Shown: positions 1 to 11,769 of the stretch, in pieces | Position numbering within the stretch: position 1 is the first letter of the stretch | How the letters are laid out: every line of letters begins with the position of its first letter | Assembly (NCBI RefSeq): GCF_018977255.1 | Contig: NW_024704743.1 | Span: forward strand, 109,928,001-109,992,000 | Reading direction: 5' to 3' | Source of the DNA: Callorhinchus milii | Taxonomy: Eukaryota | Length of the DNA stretch: 64,000 nucleotides | Translations under genes and position numbers: made by a program | Notes under the pieces: generated by a model | What the model was told of the DNA's origin: nothing | Databases searched by the model: none | The model's input: only the letters and a program-made list of their open reading frames with translations

Positions 1-1375
1 TGAGAATAAACCGAGAGGAAGTACTAAAAAGGTTGACAGTGCTCAGGTAGATAAGTCACCCGGTCCAGACAGGATGCATCCTCGGTTACTGAGGGAAGTA
101 AGGTAAGGACAGAAATAATAGAGGCTCTGGCCACAATCTTTCAATCCTCCTTGGACACCGGGGTGATGCCAGAGGACTGGATGGTTGTGTTACTCCCCTG
201 TACAAACAGGGCAGAAGGATAAATCCGGGAACTATAGGCCAGTCAGCCTAACATCAGCAGTGGAGAAACTTCTAGAGACTATAATCCAGGACAAATAAAT
301 TTTCACTTAGAAAAATATGGGTTAATAAAGGACAGCCAACACGGATTTGTTAAAAGGAAATCATGTATAACAAACCTGACAGAGTTTTTTGATGAATTAA
401 TGGAGAGGGCAGATGAAGGTAGTGCAGTTGATGTAGGTTTTATGTATTTTCAAAAGGCATTTGATAAAGTACCACATAAGAGACTTGTAAGCAAAATAGA
501 AGCCCATGGTATTAAAGGGACAGTGGCAGCATGGAAACAGAACTGACTGGGAGACAGAAAGCAGAGAGTGGTGGTGAACGGTTGTCCAGTGGTGTCCCCC
601 AGGGGTCGGTATTGGGACCATTGCTGTTTTTGATCTAGAATTTTAAAGTGGGTAAAAGAACAGAGAGACCTGGCGTTTCATATAAGTAAATCTTTGAAGG
701 TGGCAGGACAGATAGATAAAGCTGTTAAAAAAGCATATGGGATACTTGGCTTTGTAAATAGGAGCATAGAATACAAAAGTCAGGAAGTTATGATGAACCT
801 TTATAAAACATTGGTTAGACCTCAGCTGGAATACTTGTTCAGTTCTGGGCATCACACTTTAGGAAGGTTGTCAAGGCATTGGAGACAGTGCAAAGGCGAT
901 GTACCAGGATGGTACGAGGAATGAGGTAATTCAGTTGTCAGGAAAGGCTGGAGAAACTAGGATTATTCTCCTTGGATCAGAGGAGGTTAAGAGGAGACTC
1001 AATAGAAATTTTCAAAATTATGAGGGGATTGAAAAGGGTGAACAAGAAGAAACTATTTCCACTGGCGGGTGGGTCGGTAACCCAAGGACACCGATTTAAA
1101 ATAGTTGTTAAAAGAAACAGAGGGGAGCTGAGGAAACATTTTTTCACACAGTAAGTTGTCCAGATCTGGAATTCATGGCCTGAAAATGTGGTGGAAGCCA
1201 ATTTGATAACAACTTTTAAGAGAGAAGTAGATAATTATTTGGGGAGGATCAATTTGCAGGGCTATGGGGAGAGAGCTAGAGAGTGGGATTGATTTGGATG
1301 GCTCTTTTCAAAGAGGCAGCACAGATACGATGGGCTGAACGGCCTCCTTCTGTGCTGTATAATTCTATGATTCTA
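1..1375 (+). mobile_element. CR1-clade LINE, ORF2 (RT) and 3' end, degenerate, with an internal deletion
   Basis: Broken frames give [42 protein letters not shown] and YKTLVRPQLEY. The element ends in the CR1 terminal repeat ATTCTATGATTCTA. The sequence jumps from GSVLGP to EQRDL near 640, so the YADD region is missing. Confidence 0.92.
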
Positions 1376-2049
1376 GATCTGACCTAGATTCAACATCAAC
1401 TGAGCCAGGCTGACACTTAATATAACTTAAGGTGGTTGCTTCTTTCTTCATAAAATAATGAAATTAGAACTAGTCCATATTGGTGCTTAAGCTTTACGCG
1501 AAGATCCACACTTCCCAATCCCTTCTCCCATATCCCTCTATTGTGGTCTCCTTCATTCATCCATCGAGATTCCTCTTCAATGCATTGACCCTTTCTGCTT
1601 TGATAACAGGTAATAAGTTAGTAACCCCCGCTAACCTACAAACAGCTTAAGGGAAAAGCTTATCTCCCACAGGAGGGATGAAACTCTGGGTATTTATTCT
1701 ATGAGTGTTGATTGTGGTGGCAAAGCTGCTCAGTCTTGTTGACTTGAACAATGTAGCCAGCCGATGCTCCTGTAAGAATGGAAAGTGTGAGCTCGCTTAC
1801 TCATTGTAACCATAGCGATGTGAGCCCTTTGCCTTTTGTCGGCAAGACTTGCAAGAGGAAAAAAAAACAAGTTATCGGAGAGCAAACCTTTGAGACGTTT
1901 GAACAACCCGGTTTTATGTTACAAGTCTTATCAATTGATTGGGTAGAATTACTTGTTTGAAGAGCTACATCCCACGCAGCTGACTTGAATTACTTAATTT
2001 TTTATTTTTTAAATCAAAAAAGGATTATCAATACTCATTTTTTTACATT

Positions 2050-2410
2050 TTAAATTAAAAAAGTGCCTTTCACATTAGGAGGATGTCTCAATCACTTCAT
2101 ACAGCTAACTGGGTGTCCGAGCTTGGGTGGGTGGGAGCTGAGGTGGGAGCTGGAGAGGAGCCCAAGCACAGTCAAAGCAAGAGATCTTCAGGTGTATATT
2201 GAAGGAGAGGGGAATTCCAGAGAGTAGGGGCAGAATGACTAATGCTCGCTCATTGATGGTTGGGAAGATTAGACAGGGGACGAGGAGCAGGCAGGCGTTT
2301 GCTGAGCAGACAAAGTAAATGGAGCAGTAAAATTGCAGGAGATCTCAGAGGTAAGGTGGGGCATTTGAACATGGGGATGAGGATCTTAATTTCCATTCCT
2401 GGGGGATAAG
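2050..2410 (-). mobile_element. Old L2 LINE 3' fragment
   Basis: Reverse complement of the L2 tail (GTGCCTTTCACATTAGGAGGATGTC); the minus frame gives MEIKILIPMFK, resembling IEFKILLLTFK. Confidence 0.6.
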
Positions 2411-3289
2411 CCGAATGAGGATTGCATTGCAATAGTGATGGGAGAGATAGGCCCGCTTAGTGTGGTGGAGAAGAGGGCAGGGGCTGCAGAGTCCTGGAAA
2501 TTGAGTATGGTCCTGCATTCGCCTACAAAATACACAGTCACTACACTCTAGAGTAAATCGTCTGAAGTGCTTATGACATGTTTCAAAGATGAGATAAGGC
2601 ACTCTACCAAATGCAAGGATTACTACTACTGCTCCATAAATTGTAGTAGATGTAGTTATCTTTAACCAGAACATCAGTAGCCAGTCTCATAGATGTGAGT
2701 TTCGCAATTTCTCCTCTGTGACCATGTTTGCAAATCACATGAGTGTTTGAAACACCGCAGCATTTTAAGTATTCCACGAGATAAATGTAAAGTTTGTCTG
2801 ATTGCTTAGGGAGGTCACAAGTTTGCTGCTGTACAGAACAGTGCACAACAACTTTGTAAATAGTGCTTTTGAATGAAATATCTACAAACTAAACAGAATT
2901 ATACTGCCATGTCTATTTTTAGCAGCTATCTCTGAGAACTGGACCCCTCTGCAATTGTTTTGGAAATTCAAACCAAATTGTAGCTGCCCAGAATGGATCA
3001 GTTCAGTCAGTGTGTTGAGTGATTGGGTGGCTGAGACATACAGGCTGGGGAGCTGCCCTTCAGGTCGATGCTGTTAGGAACACAGGAGCACAACAGAGCC
3101 ATTCGACCCATCTCATCTACTTTGTCATATTGTTAAATTGCAACAAGTAATTACATTTGAACTAAAACAATAATTTACACTTATATTTCACCCTGAGTTG
3201 GGTAGGAGCTTTGGGCAGTGGGCTGGGGGTGGATGGAGGGAAAGATGGCTGAAAACACAGTTAAAGAGGTCTTCATGTGGGATTTGAAA

Positions 3290-3692
3290 GCGTCCTAAAG
3301 CTCTTCACAACATATACTGTAAAATGTGGTCACATAAAATTTCATAGGCAAACGTCACAGTCCATTTCGCACACAGCAATGTTCCACAAAGAGCCATAAA
3401 GTGAATGACTAATTTTATTGGAGGGGTTTGTTGGCCAGGACATCAGGAGAAACTTTCTTTTCTCTTCAAGTAGTACCATGGCATCCTTTAACATCCAAAT
3501 GAAAAGGCAGATGAGACCTCAGTTTAATGACTCTTCTGAAGAATGACATCTCCAGCAAAGCAGCACTCCTCCAGCACTGCACTGCAGCGTCAACCTAGAC
3601 TATATGAGCTCAAAGTCCTGACATGGGACTTGAACCCACAACCTTCTGACTCAGAGGTGAGACAATGCTACAAATTGAGCCAAGCTGACACC
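3290..3692 (-). mobile_element. Deu-domain tRNA-derived SINE (SacSINE1/AmnSINE1-like), near full length
   Basis: Minus strand begins GGTGTCAGCTTGGCTCAATTTGTAGCA...GAGTCAGAAGGTTGTGGGTTCAAGTCCC (A/B boxes), followed by the Deu-like core and the TTTGTGGAACATTGCTGTGTGC module. Confidence 0.8.
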
Positions 3693-3724
3693 TAATTTAA
3701 TATTGAGTTGGGCTCATCATACAA

Positions 3725-4010
3725 TATTAATAATCATTGCATTTGATATTGTGTCTTATCACATTGTCAAGATGTCTCAAAGCACTTCATAGGATTTTAC
3801 TGTGAAATGTAGTGCCTGCATATTTGTAGGCAAATTGTACACTATCCCCACTTAAATCAGAGACCCCCTCCCTATCTGACTTTAAAAGTCTTGTGGAAAG
3901 CTTCCTCTTTATCCTTGCGTCCCTGCTCCTTCCTGTCCAGCACCATCTCTGTAAAACGCTTCGAGATGTTGCCCTACGTGTAAGGCTCTGTACAAAGTTA
4001 TTGTTTTTGT
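3725..4010. mobile_element. SINE 3' fragment (-) followed by L2 3' tail (+)
   Basis: TGCATTTGATATTGTGTCTTATCAC on minus; CTGTAAAACGCTTCGAGATG...TTATTGTT tail on plus. Confidence 0.55.
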
Positions 4011-4789
4011 AATTTCCTCAAGGGAAGGTTNAAAAAGGAACATTGCAGAACTTTGGCAAGGAGAATGAGTTTTAACTTAAAATTTACAGACAAGCAGAGA
4101 AGCATTGCAGTATTGCGCTCAGAGCTAATTAATAGCCAACAGGCTGTTATTAGTATTAATGGCTCCAAAGGATGGGAGGCATCCTATGGTGTAACAGCTC
4201 ATGAATTCATAACAAATAATAATCTTTGCATATGATACAGCACCTTATCACGTCATCAAAACATTTCAAAGTACTTCATAGGATTTACTATAAAGTGTAG
4301 TGATTTTGTATTTTGTAGGCAATATGTTCACTGTGTAAAACACCCCTCCCATAGAATTTAATGCAGTGTGCATACTGTACCTACCATACCATTATCTGTC
4401 TGCACAGGTTTCTGTAGCTAGTCCATAGTAACTCTCTACACAGCTCCAATTTGGTAACATGGTAGCATTGGGAAAATTATAATGATAATAATCCATGCAT
4501 TTATTATTGAGCCTATAACTTTGACGGGTGTTTCACAGGTAATAGCTGCTGAGTGTAGTGACTCTTTGTAGGCAAATGAGGAACCTATTTGAGTACCGAG
4601 ATTATAAATGTAAACTGCTGTTAATATTGATTATCAGGAAATCAGTCTTTAGGATGAAAGACTGAGAATCGATTTGGTATTCACGGTAGGGAACATAATT
4701 CTTGCATTTAATGTAATGTAAGTAACATTGAAACATTGCAAAGGTAATTGCTGTCCAAAGCAGTAACTGGATTTTTGTCGATGAACATA

Positions 4790-4900
4790 GCAACAACAAC
4801 AAGATTACATTTGTATAGCGCCTTTCACATCGGGAAGACATCCCAAGGCACTGGACAGTGTAAGGAGAGGGCAAGGCGGAGTGATTGGGGGATGGAATTC
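4790..4900 (-). mobile_element. L2 3' tail
   Basis: (CAA)n followed by TACATTTGTATAGCGCCTTTCACATCGGGAAGACATCCCAAGGC. Confidence 0.75.
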
Positions 4901-5045
4901 CAGATATAATAATATAATAATATAAAAATAATATTAGTAAAATAATAATTCCAGATATAATAATAATATAATAATATAAAAATAATATTAGTAAAATAAT
5001 AATAATAATAATAATAAAAATAATAAAAATAATAAAATAAATAGC
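4897..5045. repeat. AT-rich tandem duplication (~51-54 bp, 2 copies) plus (TAA)n
   Basis: ATTCCAGATATAATAAT...AAAAATAATATTAGTAAAATAATA occurs twice. Confidence 0.85.
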
Positions 5046-5059
5046 AACCAAATTAGCTC

Positions 5060-5300
5060 ACAGCTTCGCAGATCCCACCACAAAATCTGGAGGATAGTTG
5101 GCCAGGACAACAGCAGAAATTCATTATTTTTTTCAAAAGTATCACAGGATCTTTAAAGTCCACCGATACAAGCAGATAGGAACTTGGTTTCATGTCTGAT
5201 CTCGAGGACAGTATCTCCAACAATGCAGCACTCCCCCAGCACTGCATTCGAATGTCGGGCTAGATTGTAAGCTCAAAAACTCAACCGAGCTAGGCTGAAC
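5060..5300 (-). mobile_element. Deu-SINE fragment
   Basis: GCAGCACTCCCCCAGCACTGCA and TTGGCCAGGACA match the other copies. Confidence 0.65.
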
Positions 5301-5684
5301 CTAACAGGAGCTAAATGCCTTTAGGAGTAGGGAGAAATTTGGAGGAGATAAATTGATGACAAAAATGATAAATTAAAACTATCTGTTTAAGAAAATAACA
5401 TCCAATTCTTCAAACTTTACTACAGTTCATTTGTCACATAGAAAAATATATAACTAAAATTCACAAGTTGTCACATTTCTTAAGTCCAGAACTACGAATG
5501 GTCACGCTTGACAGTCAGCTGATGGAATAGAAATAATTCTATGAAACAATTATATTCCTGTTGAGAGCCATACAGTGCAGGCTATTCAGCAAGATGGGTT
5601 TTGTTTAGTCATTTATCATTTAATTTTAAATCTGCTGCTGGAATTGTGATACATTATGTTAAATGAGATCAGATGGTTAAAACT

Positions 5685-6010
5685 CAGACGTTAAAACTCC
5701 CTGGATGTTAAAGATCCCGTCATATTATAATATAATAATCCTTGCATTTGATATAGGGCCTTATCAGGTCTTCGAGACATCTGAAAGCACCTCAAAGAAT
5801 ATATTAGAAAAGAGAAGAGAGTTTTCTCCCATGGTCCTGGTCAACAATCCTCCAGATACATTGATCATTCACTTCATTTACCCTTTTGTTGAATCCTGTC
5901 GTGTGTAAAATATCTGTACCACTTATTAATAATAATAATAAAAAAAAGATTGTCACTGTTTTGAAGCTCTTTGAAACATTTTGTTGTGATCAGGTGCAAT
6001 AAAAATGTTT
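5685..6010 (+). mobile_element. Deu-SINE 3' half carrying an antisense SINE-tail insertion (about 5725-5805)
   Basis: GGATGTTAAAGATCCC...GAGTTTTCTCCCATGGTCCTGGTCAACAATCC is interrupted by ATAATCCTTGCATTTGATATAGGGCCTTATCA. Confidence 0.65.
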
Positions 6011-7184
6011 TCTTTCTCATTCTCTCTCTCTCTCCCTCTCTCTCACTCTCCATTTCTCATCTATCCTGAACTACCACAACTCATACTGCCCCTAAAACCT
6101 GCTCTTCCCGGTAATGTTATGGCCAGCCCTCCTGCGAGATTCATGTTGCTTGAGATCTCATTTATATTTCTCGTCTTGGGGGAAATCACTACTAAAAATG
6201 CCAAACCCGCATCCAAAACTTCTCATATAGATAATGATATTGTCATCTCCACACACATACACACACACAAACAAAATGTGACTCTAAAGGCAATTGACCT
6301 ATTTTTTCATCAGTTAATTTTAGATTTTGCTGCTCTTTTAGATTGTTGATAGCTCTCTCATTCTCTCTCTCGCACTCTCTGCTTTTCTTAACATGGTCTC
6401 CTTTGATATTTGCATGCAGCAAATGCCAGACTGCAAAAAAGCATTCATCCAAGGCCACTCACAGCAGCTGTTTGCATGTTCTGACCAACCTGTGTTTGCA
6501 GCTGATCAGCTAGAAACTGCTCTGAGCATTGCATTTTTTAAAAATTATTATACAGTAATGGACTTAATAACACCAGAACAGGAGTAGGACATTCTGCCTG
6601 CCCAGCCATTTTGCCATAATAGATTATAGCAGATCTTACAATACCACTTTCTTACAATACCTCCTCTCTTTGTACCCCTTAAAATAATCCTTACAATTTG
6701 AAACAGCGCCTTACTACTGGATAGCATAGGGACTATGTGTTTGTGGTCAAATGTGGCAGCCAATTTGTGCACAACAGTGTCACACAAACAGCTGTGAAAG
6801 TGAATGATCAATTTTATATGCCAAATGAAAGGTGGATTTTCAAGGTGAGGAGGAATCAGTGAAAGGAGTCTGGGATTGAGTTCCAGAGAGTGGGGCAGAA
6901 TTGTTGAAAACCCACCTCCTGATGATGGGGCGGATAGGCAGGGAACACAAAGCAGGCCAGTGTTGGCTGAGCAAACATGTGGATGAAGAAAACCATTTGC
7001 TCTATTTGATCTCATCCTTTCAGAAACCCACGCTACCATTCTTCATTCGCAGTATTGAGCTAATATTTTATGGGTCCAGTGTCCTGGCCTCAGCTATCAG
7101 TCCTGTTTGTCACTAGGTAAAGAAATAGTTTCTGGTGTTTGTACTGAAATAGCCCTTTGCAACTCTAAATGTACATCCATTTGT

Positions 7185-7766
7185 TATTCTGCCTTTGTCA
7201 CCTCTCGGCTGGACTATTCTAATGCCCTCCTCACCAGTCTCCCATCCACTACCATCCATAAAATGCAAATCATTCAAAACTCTGCTGCCCGCATTCTCAC
7301 CTGCACGAAACTCCGCTCACCGATCACCCCAGTCCTTACCAGACTGCACTGGCTGCCTATCTCAGAGAGGATTGATTTCAAGATCCTCACCCTTGTATTC
7401 AAGTCTCTGCACTCCTCTGCACCCCCCTACCTCTCTGACCTCCTCTCTCCTCAAAACAGTACCCGTTGCCTTCATTCCTCCTGATCTGGTCCCCTCCTCA
7501 TCTCCCGAGTCCTACGCTCCACCCTCGGCGGCTGTGCCTTCAGCCACTATGCCCCGAGGCTCTGAAACTGCCTTCCTCACTCCCTTTGTCTCGCTCCCTC
7601 CCTTCCCATTTTCAGGTCTCTGTGAAGACCTTTCTTTTTGACCGTGCCTTTGGTCACCTTCCTCCCCCTCCCCCTGGCTCGGTCCCGGGATCCGTTACTG
7701 TAAAGTGCTCTGAGATGCCGTCCGGCGTGGAGGGCACAATATAAATCCAAGTTGTTGTTGTTGTTG
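7185..7766 (+). mobile_element. L2 LINE 3' end (ORF2 C-terminus and tail)
   Basis: AFVTSRLDYSNALL...IQNSAARIL...HWLPISERIDFKIL; (TTG)n tail. Confidence 0.93.
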
Positions 7767-7939
7767 GTTCATCCTACAGTATTGTTCTGGGTTCACATTT
7801 TCAATCCATTTTTTTAATCTAATTTTTTTTCACACTCAATCTGACAATGTAGCAAACTCAAGCAATATATATATTCGAGTTTCTGCCTAGAGTATGAGCA
7901 CTTGAACCCAGGGATGAAATGTTTGTAATCTTTTCTTCC

Positions 7940-8258
7940 ATGCCCCAACTGCCCTACCATCGGTGGCCGGGCCTTCAGCCTCTCAGCCCCTAGGCTCTGG
8001 AACTCCATCCCCCAGTGCCTTCGCCGCTTCCTCCCTTTCCTCCTTCAAGGCCGGTCTCAAGACCTTTCTCTTCGACCGTGCCTTCAGCTCCCCTTTCGAC
8101 TCTCTACCCCCTCTTCGCTCCCTCCCTTCCCTCCCCTCACCCTGACCATTTCCCCCCCTGCTCGGGTCCCGACCCAACTGTCCAGCGCCTTGGGACGTCC
8201 TCCCGACGTGAAAGGCCCTCTATAAATGAAATCTTGTTGTTGATGTTGTTATTGTTGC
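7940..8258 (+). mobile_element. Young L2 3' end
   Basis: PTIGGRAFSLSAPRLWNSIP...FKAGLKTFLFDRAF; GGGACGTCCTCCCGACGTG tail and (TTG)n; nearly identical to the 3' part of 36440-36945. Confidence 0.92.
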
Positions 8259-9610
8259 ACCTCCAACAAGCACTCTGAGACTCTACCCTGCATAGAGGGT
8301 GCTATGCAAGTGCAAATTGTTGTTGTTGTTGATACAATTCATCAAAACGCAATTTGCACCAGAACAAATCAGCGTAAATAAATTACAACTACAACAACCC
8401 GCCCCAACCCAAAATGTCCCCATTTCTACTCCCCAATCTTCTCCAATCCCACTTATTTCTTCTCTCCTCCTGAACTCCTCACTGTCTCTCCCTCCTGGAC
8501 CCTTCCACTGCCTCCCAATTCTCCAACCAGGGCATCCTCCGCCGGGCTCATTGTGGCACTCGTTGATGGTTGTCCCAGAGCAGCCACACCGACGGCCCCA
8601 TCTCCCACTCTCTCTGCAAGGCCAGCCTTTCCTACCTCCAAAAGGTAAAACCGCTTCCTTATTCTTCCCAACTCTCCTACCCTCTCAAACTACACAGTCG
8701 CTTTCCTCCCACAAACCACCACCCCCCCCAAACCCAAACCCCTGTAACCTTCCCCACCGATGTCCCTATTCACATCAACCTCCCAAATATCCTCTCCCTC
8801 TCTAACAAAATAAATTAGTGAATTATTTGCAGAAGATTATAATTCTCTCACAGCCCTTTGTTCTTCCAAATAGTTTTTTTTTGTCAAAGGAAATGTTTCA
8901 GGATGAAAGCATTTCCCTCTTACCCCCTTTATGCTTTCATCTCTTATCTTCGATGGGCCAACTGTGTTGAAGCTGGAACCTTGTAGTTACACACTTTAGC
9001 AGCGCATGTCACAGTGGAACAAATCGCATTCGTCGTTCGTGCTTTCAATATAGAAGTTTCTATTGGTGCTATTGAAATGCAGTAAATGTTCCCCACTCGT
9101 CACGCACAGAACCAACTTTTCTGCATGTTTGACTCGCAAGTACAACCACAACTTGCATTTGTATAGCAGCCTTCACATAATATATGAAGGTGCATTGGTA
9201 TGAATTGTTGGGCTAAAGGAATTAATTGTGTGCACAACAATGTCCTGCAAACAGCTTTGAAGAGAATGGCCAATTTTATTTGAAGGATTGTTGGCCAGGA
9301 CAATCCAATTTCTACTTTTGTCTACAAAACAGGAAGATTTATGTCCATGCATTCTGTGCTGATGTTGTTGGGAGGGAGGGAAAATGGAAGAAGGGAGAGA
9401 TAATTGTTTTGAAGATCTACAAAAAAGCTTCTATGTCAGATAATAGAATGTTGCATCCTTGAAAGAGAGAGTTTGGCACAGGCAGAAGTTAAAGGCTAGT
9501 CAGTTTCAACCTCCAATGAAAGGCACTGTGCAGTTTCCAAACACTAAATCAAAATGGGGAGGACCTCTCAAAGTGTAGCACAGAATATAATGCAAAGTGT
9601 AGCAACTTGT

Positions 9611-9924
9611 GGAGCCCTGTAGCTCAGTGGTTAGAGCACTCGCTTTGCAAGCGAGAGACCTGGGTTCGATTCCCGGCAGGGTGAAACCTTGGGTAAGTTT
9701 CCTTACTCCCCACACCTGATAATAATCCCTCCAAAAAAATACAATAATAAATTGGTCGTTTCAACCCACGACTGTTTGTGGGACACTGCTGTGCGCAATT
9801 GATTGCTGCATTTCTCCTACAAATATACAGTCAATTCGCTTTACAGTCTATTCTGTGAAGCGCTTTGAGACGCCTAGAAGATGTGAAAAGCGCTATATCA
9901 AATGCAAGGATTATTATTATTATT
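9611..9924 (+). mobile_element. tRNA-Ala-headed SINE, short subfamily
   Basis: GGAGCCCTGTAGCTCAGTGGTTAGAGC (A box), GGTTCGATTCCC (B box), shared 3' module and (TTA)n tail. Confidence 0.92.
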
Positions 9925-9949
9925 AACAGTATTTTGTAGATGGAGGCAG

Positions 9950-10259
9950 GCAGGCACACAACAATGTCCCACAAACAGGATCAATATTATCTTGAGGTTA
10001 TTGGACATGACACTAGGAGAAACTCCTTTCTCTTTTCATATAGTGCTGTGAGATCTTTAATATCCACCCAAACAGGAAAGTGTGGCCTTGTTTTAGCATC
10101 TTTCAGAAGGATAGCACCTTCGACAATATAGCACTGCTCCCAACATTGCAATACAGTGTCAGCCTAGAATGTGTGAGCTTGAAGTTATGACATGTGGCTT
10201 GAACCCACCACCTTCTGACTCAGAGGCGAGAGTGCTACCAACTGAGCCAGGCTGACACC
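9950..10259 (-). mobile_element. Deu-SINE
   Basis: Head reads GTGTCAGCCTGGCTCAGTTGGTAGCACTCTCGCCTCTGAGTCAGAAGG on minus. Confidence 0.85.
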
Positions 10260-11093
10260 ATTTAGCAGAAACACATTGTTTTCACCAGTGTAAGTTGTGG
10301 GCTCACATACAGTGTTTCTAATTACAGGTACCGTAGGATCTCTGCAGGACACCCCTAAGGATTTGATGAGTGGTCTGTACGTGTAGCCATTTCCTTCCTC
10401 TAGAATCAGTAAACAGATGGTAATTAATGATAAAAATTATATACACACAAGTACACACAAGTCCTTGTGACTGAAAAAGGGCTGCAGTTTGCATGCATCG
10501 GCACAACTGATCAGAAAGTACAATCAGAAAATTTGATTTTGTACCAGTATTTGTAAACTGCACAGCGCCTCTCGCTGGAGATTGAAGCCCTTAATAGCCC
10601 TTAATTTCTGCCTGTGCCAAACTCTCTCTTTTAAGGCTGCAATACTCTATTACCTGACATAGAAGGTTTTTAAATAGATCTTCAAAACAATTCTTTCTCC
10701 CTCCTTCAGTTCTTTCCTCTTCAAATAAAATTGGTCACTCACTTTAAGGTTCTTTGCAAGATATAGCTGTATGCAAAGTGGCACCTATGAATGCACAATC
10801 ATTACATTTTACCTTAAAAATCCTGTGAAAGCCTTTAAAATGTTTCAGTTTTGTGATAAGGTGCATATCAAATGCAAGGGATATTATTATTAACAACAAT
10901 ATATTAAAACCATTTCCGGGGGAAAATCACACTTTTTTTTACAATAGAACAGCTAGACTGAGAAACTAATATGGGTAGAAATTCCACTAGGGACTAGATT
11001 TACTAGATTTACTCTATCAAGAAAACATTTCAGTGTGTCCAAAATTTGCCAAAATCTGAAATATGGTATAATGGAGTAAATCTAGACCCTGGT

Positions 11094-11430
11094 GGAGTCC
11101 TGTAGCTCAGTGGTTAGAGCACTCGCTTTGCAAGTGAGAGACCTGAGTTCAATTCCAGGCAGAGGGCGAAACCTTGGGCAAGTTTCCGTACTCCACACGT
11201 CTAATAATAATCCCTCCAAAACCAAAAACAATAATAAATTGGTCATTTTCAATCTACGACTGTTTGTGGGACATTGCTGTGCGCAATTGGCTGCCGCGTT
11301 TGCCCACAAATATACAGTCAATTCACTTTACAGTGTGTTCTGTGAAGCGCTTTGGGACGTCCTCCCGACGTGAAAAGCGCTATATCAAATGCAAGGATTA
11401 TTATTATTATTATTTATTTATTATTATTAT
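11094..11430 (+). mobile_element. tRNA-Ala-headed SINE, short subfamily, with L2-identical tail
   Basis: A/B boxes; tail GGGACGTCCTCCCGACGTGAAAAGCGC plus (TTA)n. Confidence 0.92.
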
Positions 11431-11479
11431 AACTTCAATACTGTGCTATCTCAGGTTTGTTGCACATCCCCCACACTCT

Positions 11480-11730
11480 TTGCACCAATATCAGTGGGTG
11501 AGACTTCAGTTCCTAGTGGCTAACCTCTGGAGCTTCCTCCCTCTATCCTTTCACCTCACCCACTCTCTTTATGTCTTGAAGTCCCACCTCAAAACTTACC
11601 CCTGAATGTGCCTATGGCACTTCTCCTTTTCCCCTCTGGCTTGCTCGTCATCTGAAACTGTCCTGAAAAGCCTACCAAGACCTTACCCTATGTTAAAAGT
11701 TGCTACATAAATGCAAGTTGTTGTTGTTTT
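11480..11730 (+). mobile_element. Old L2 3' fragment
   Basis: NLWSFLP...LKSHLKTY; AAATGCAAGTTGTTGTTG tail. Confidence 0.7.
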
Positions 11731-11769
11731 TCCAGTTTAATAGGTTATACAAGTACTCAATGGGAAACA

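Noticed and set aside
4031..4031. Single N base
   Set aside because: Assembly ambiguity, not biology.
4602..5051. Hydrophobic 149-aa membrane-protein-like ORF
   Set aside because: Derived from an AT-rich tandem repeat plus an L2 tail.
9613..9684. Bona fide tRNA-Ala gene
   Set aside because: It continues into a SINE body and tail, has many related copies, a mismatched 1:72 pair, no G3:U70 and no oligo-T terminator right after.
10561..10582. CTCF-like CCAGCGAGAGGCGC on the minus strand in the inverted-repeat arm
   Set aside because: Three core mismatches, and not preserved in the other arm.
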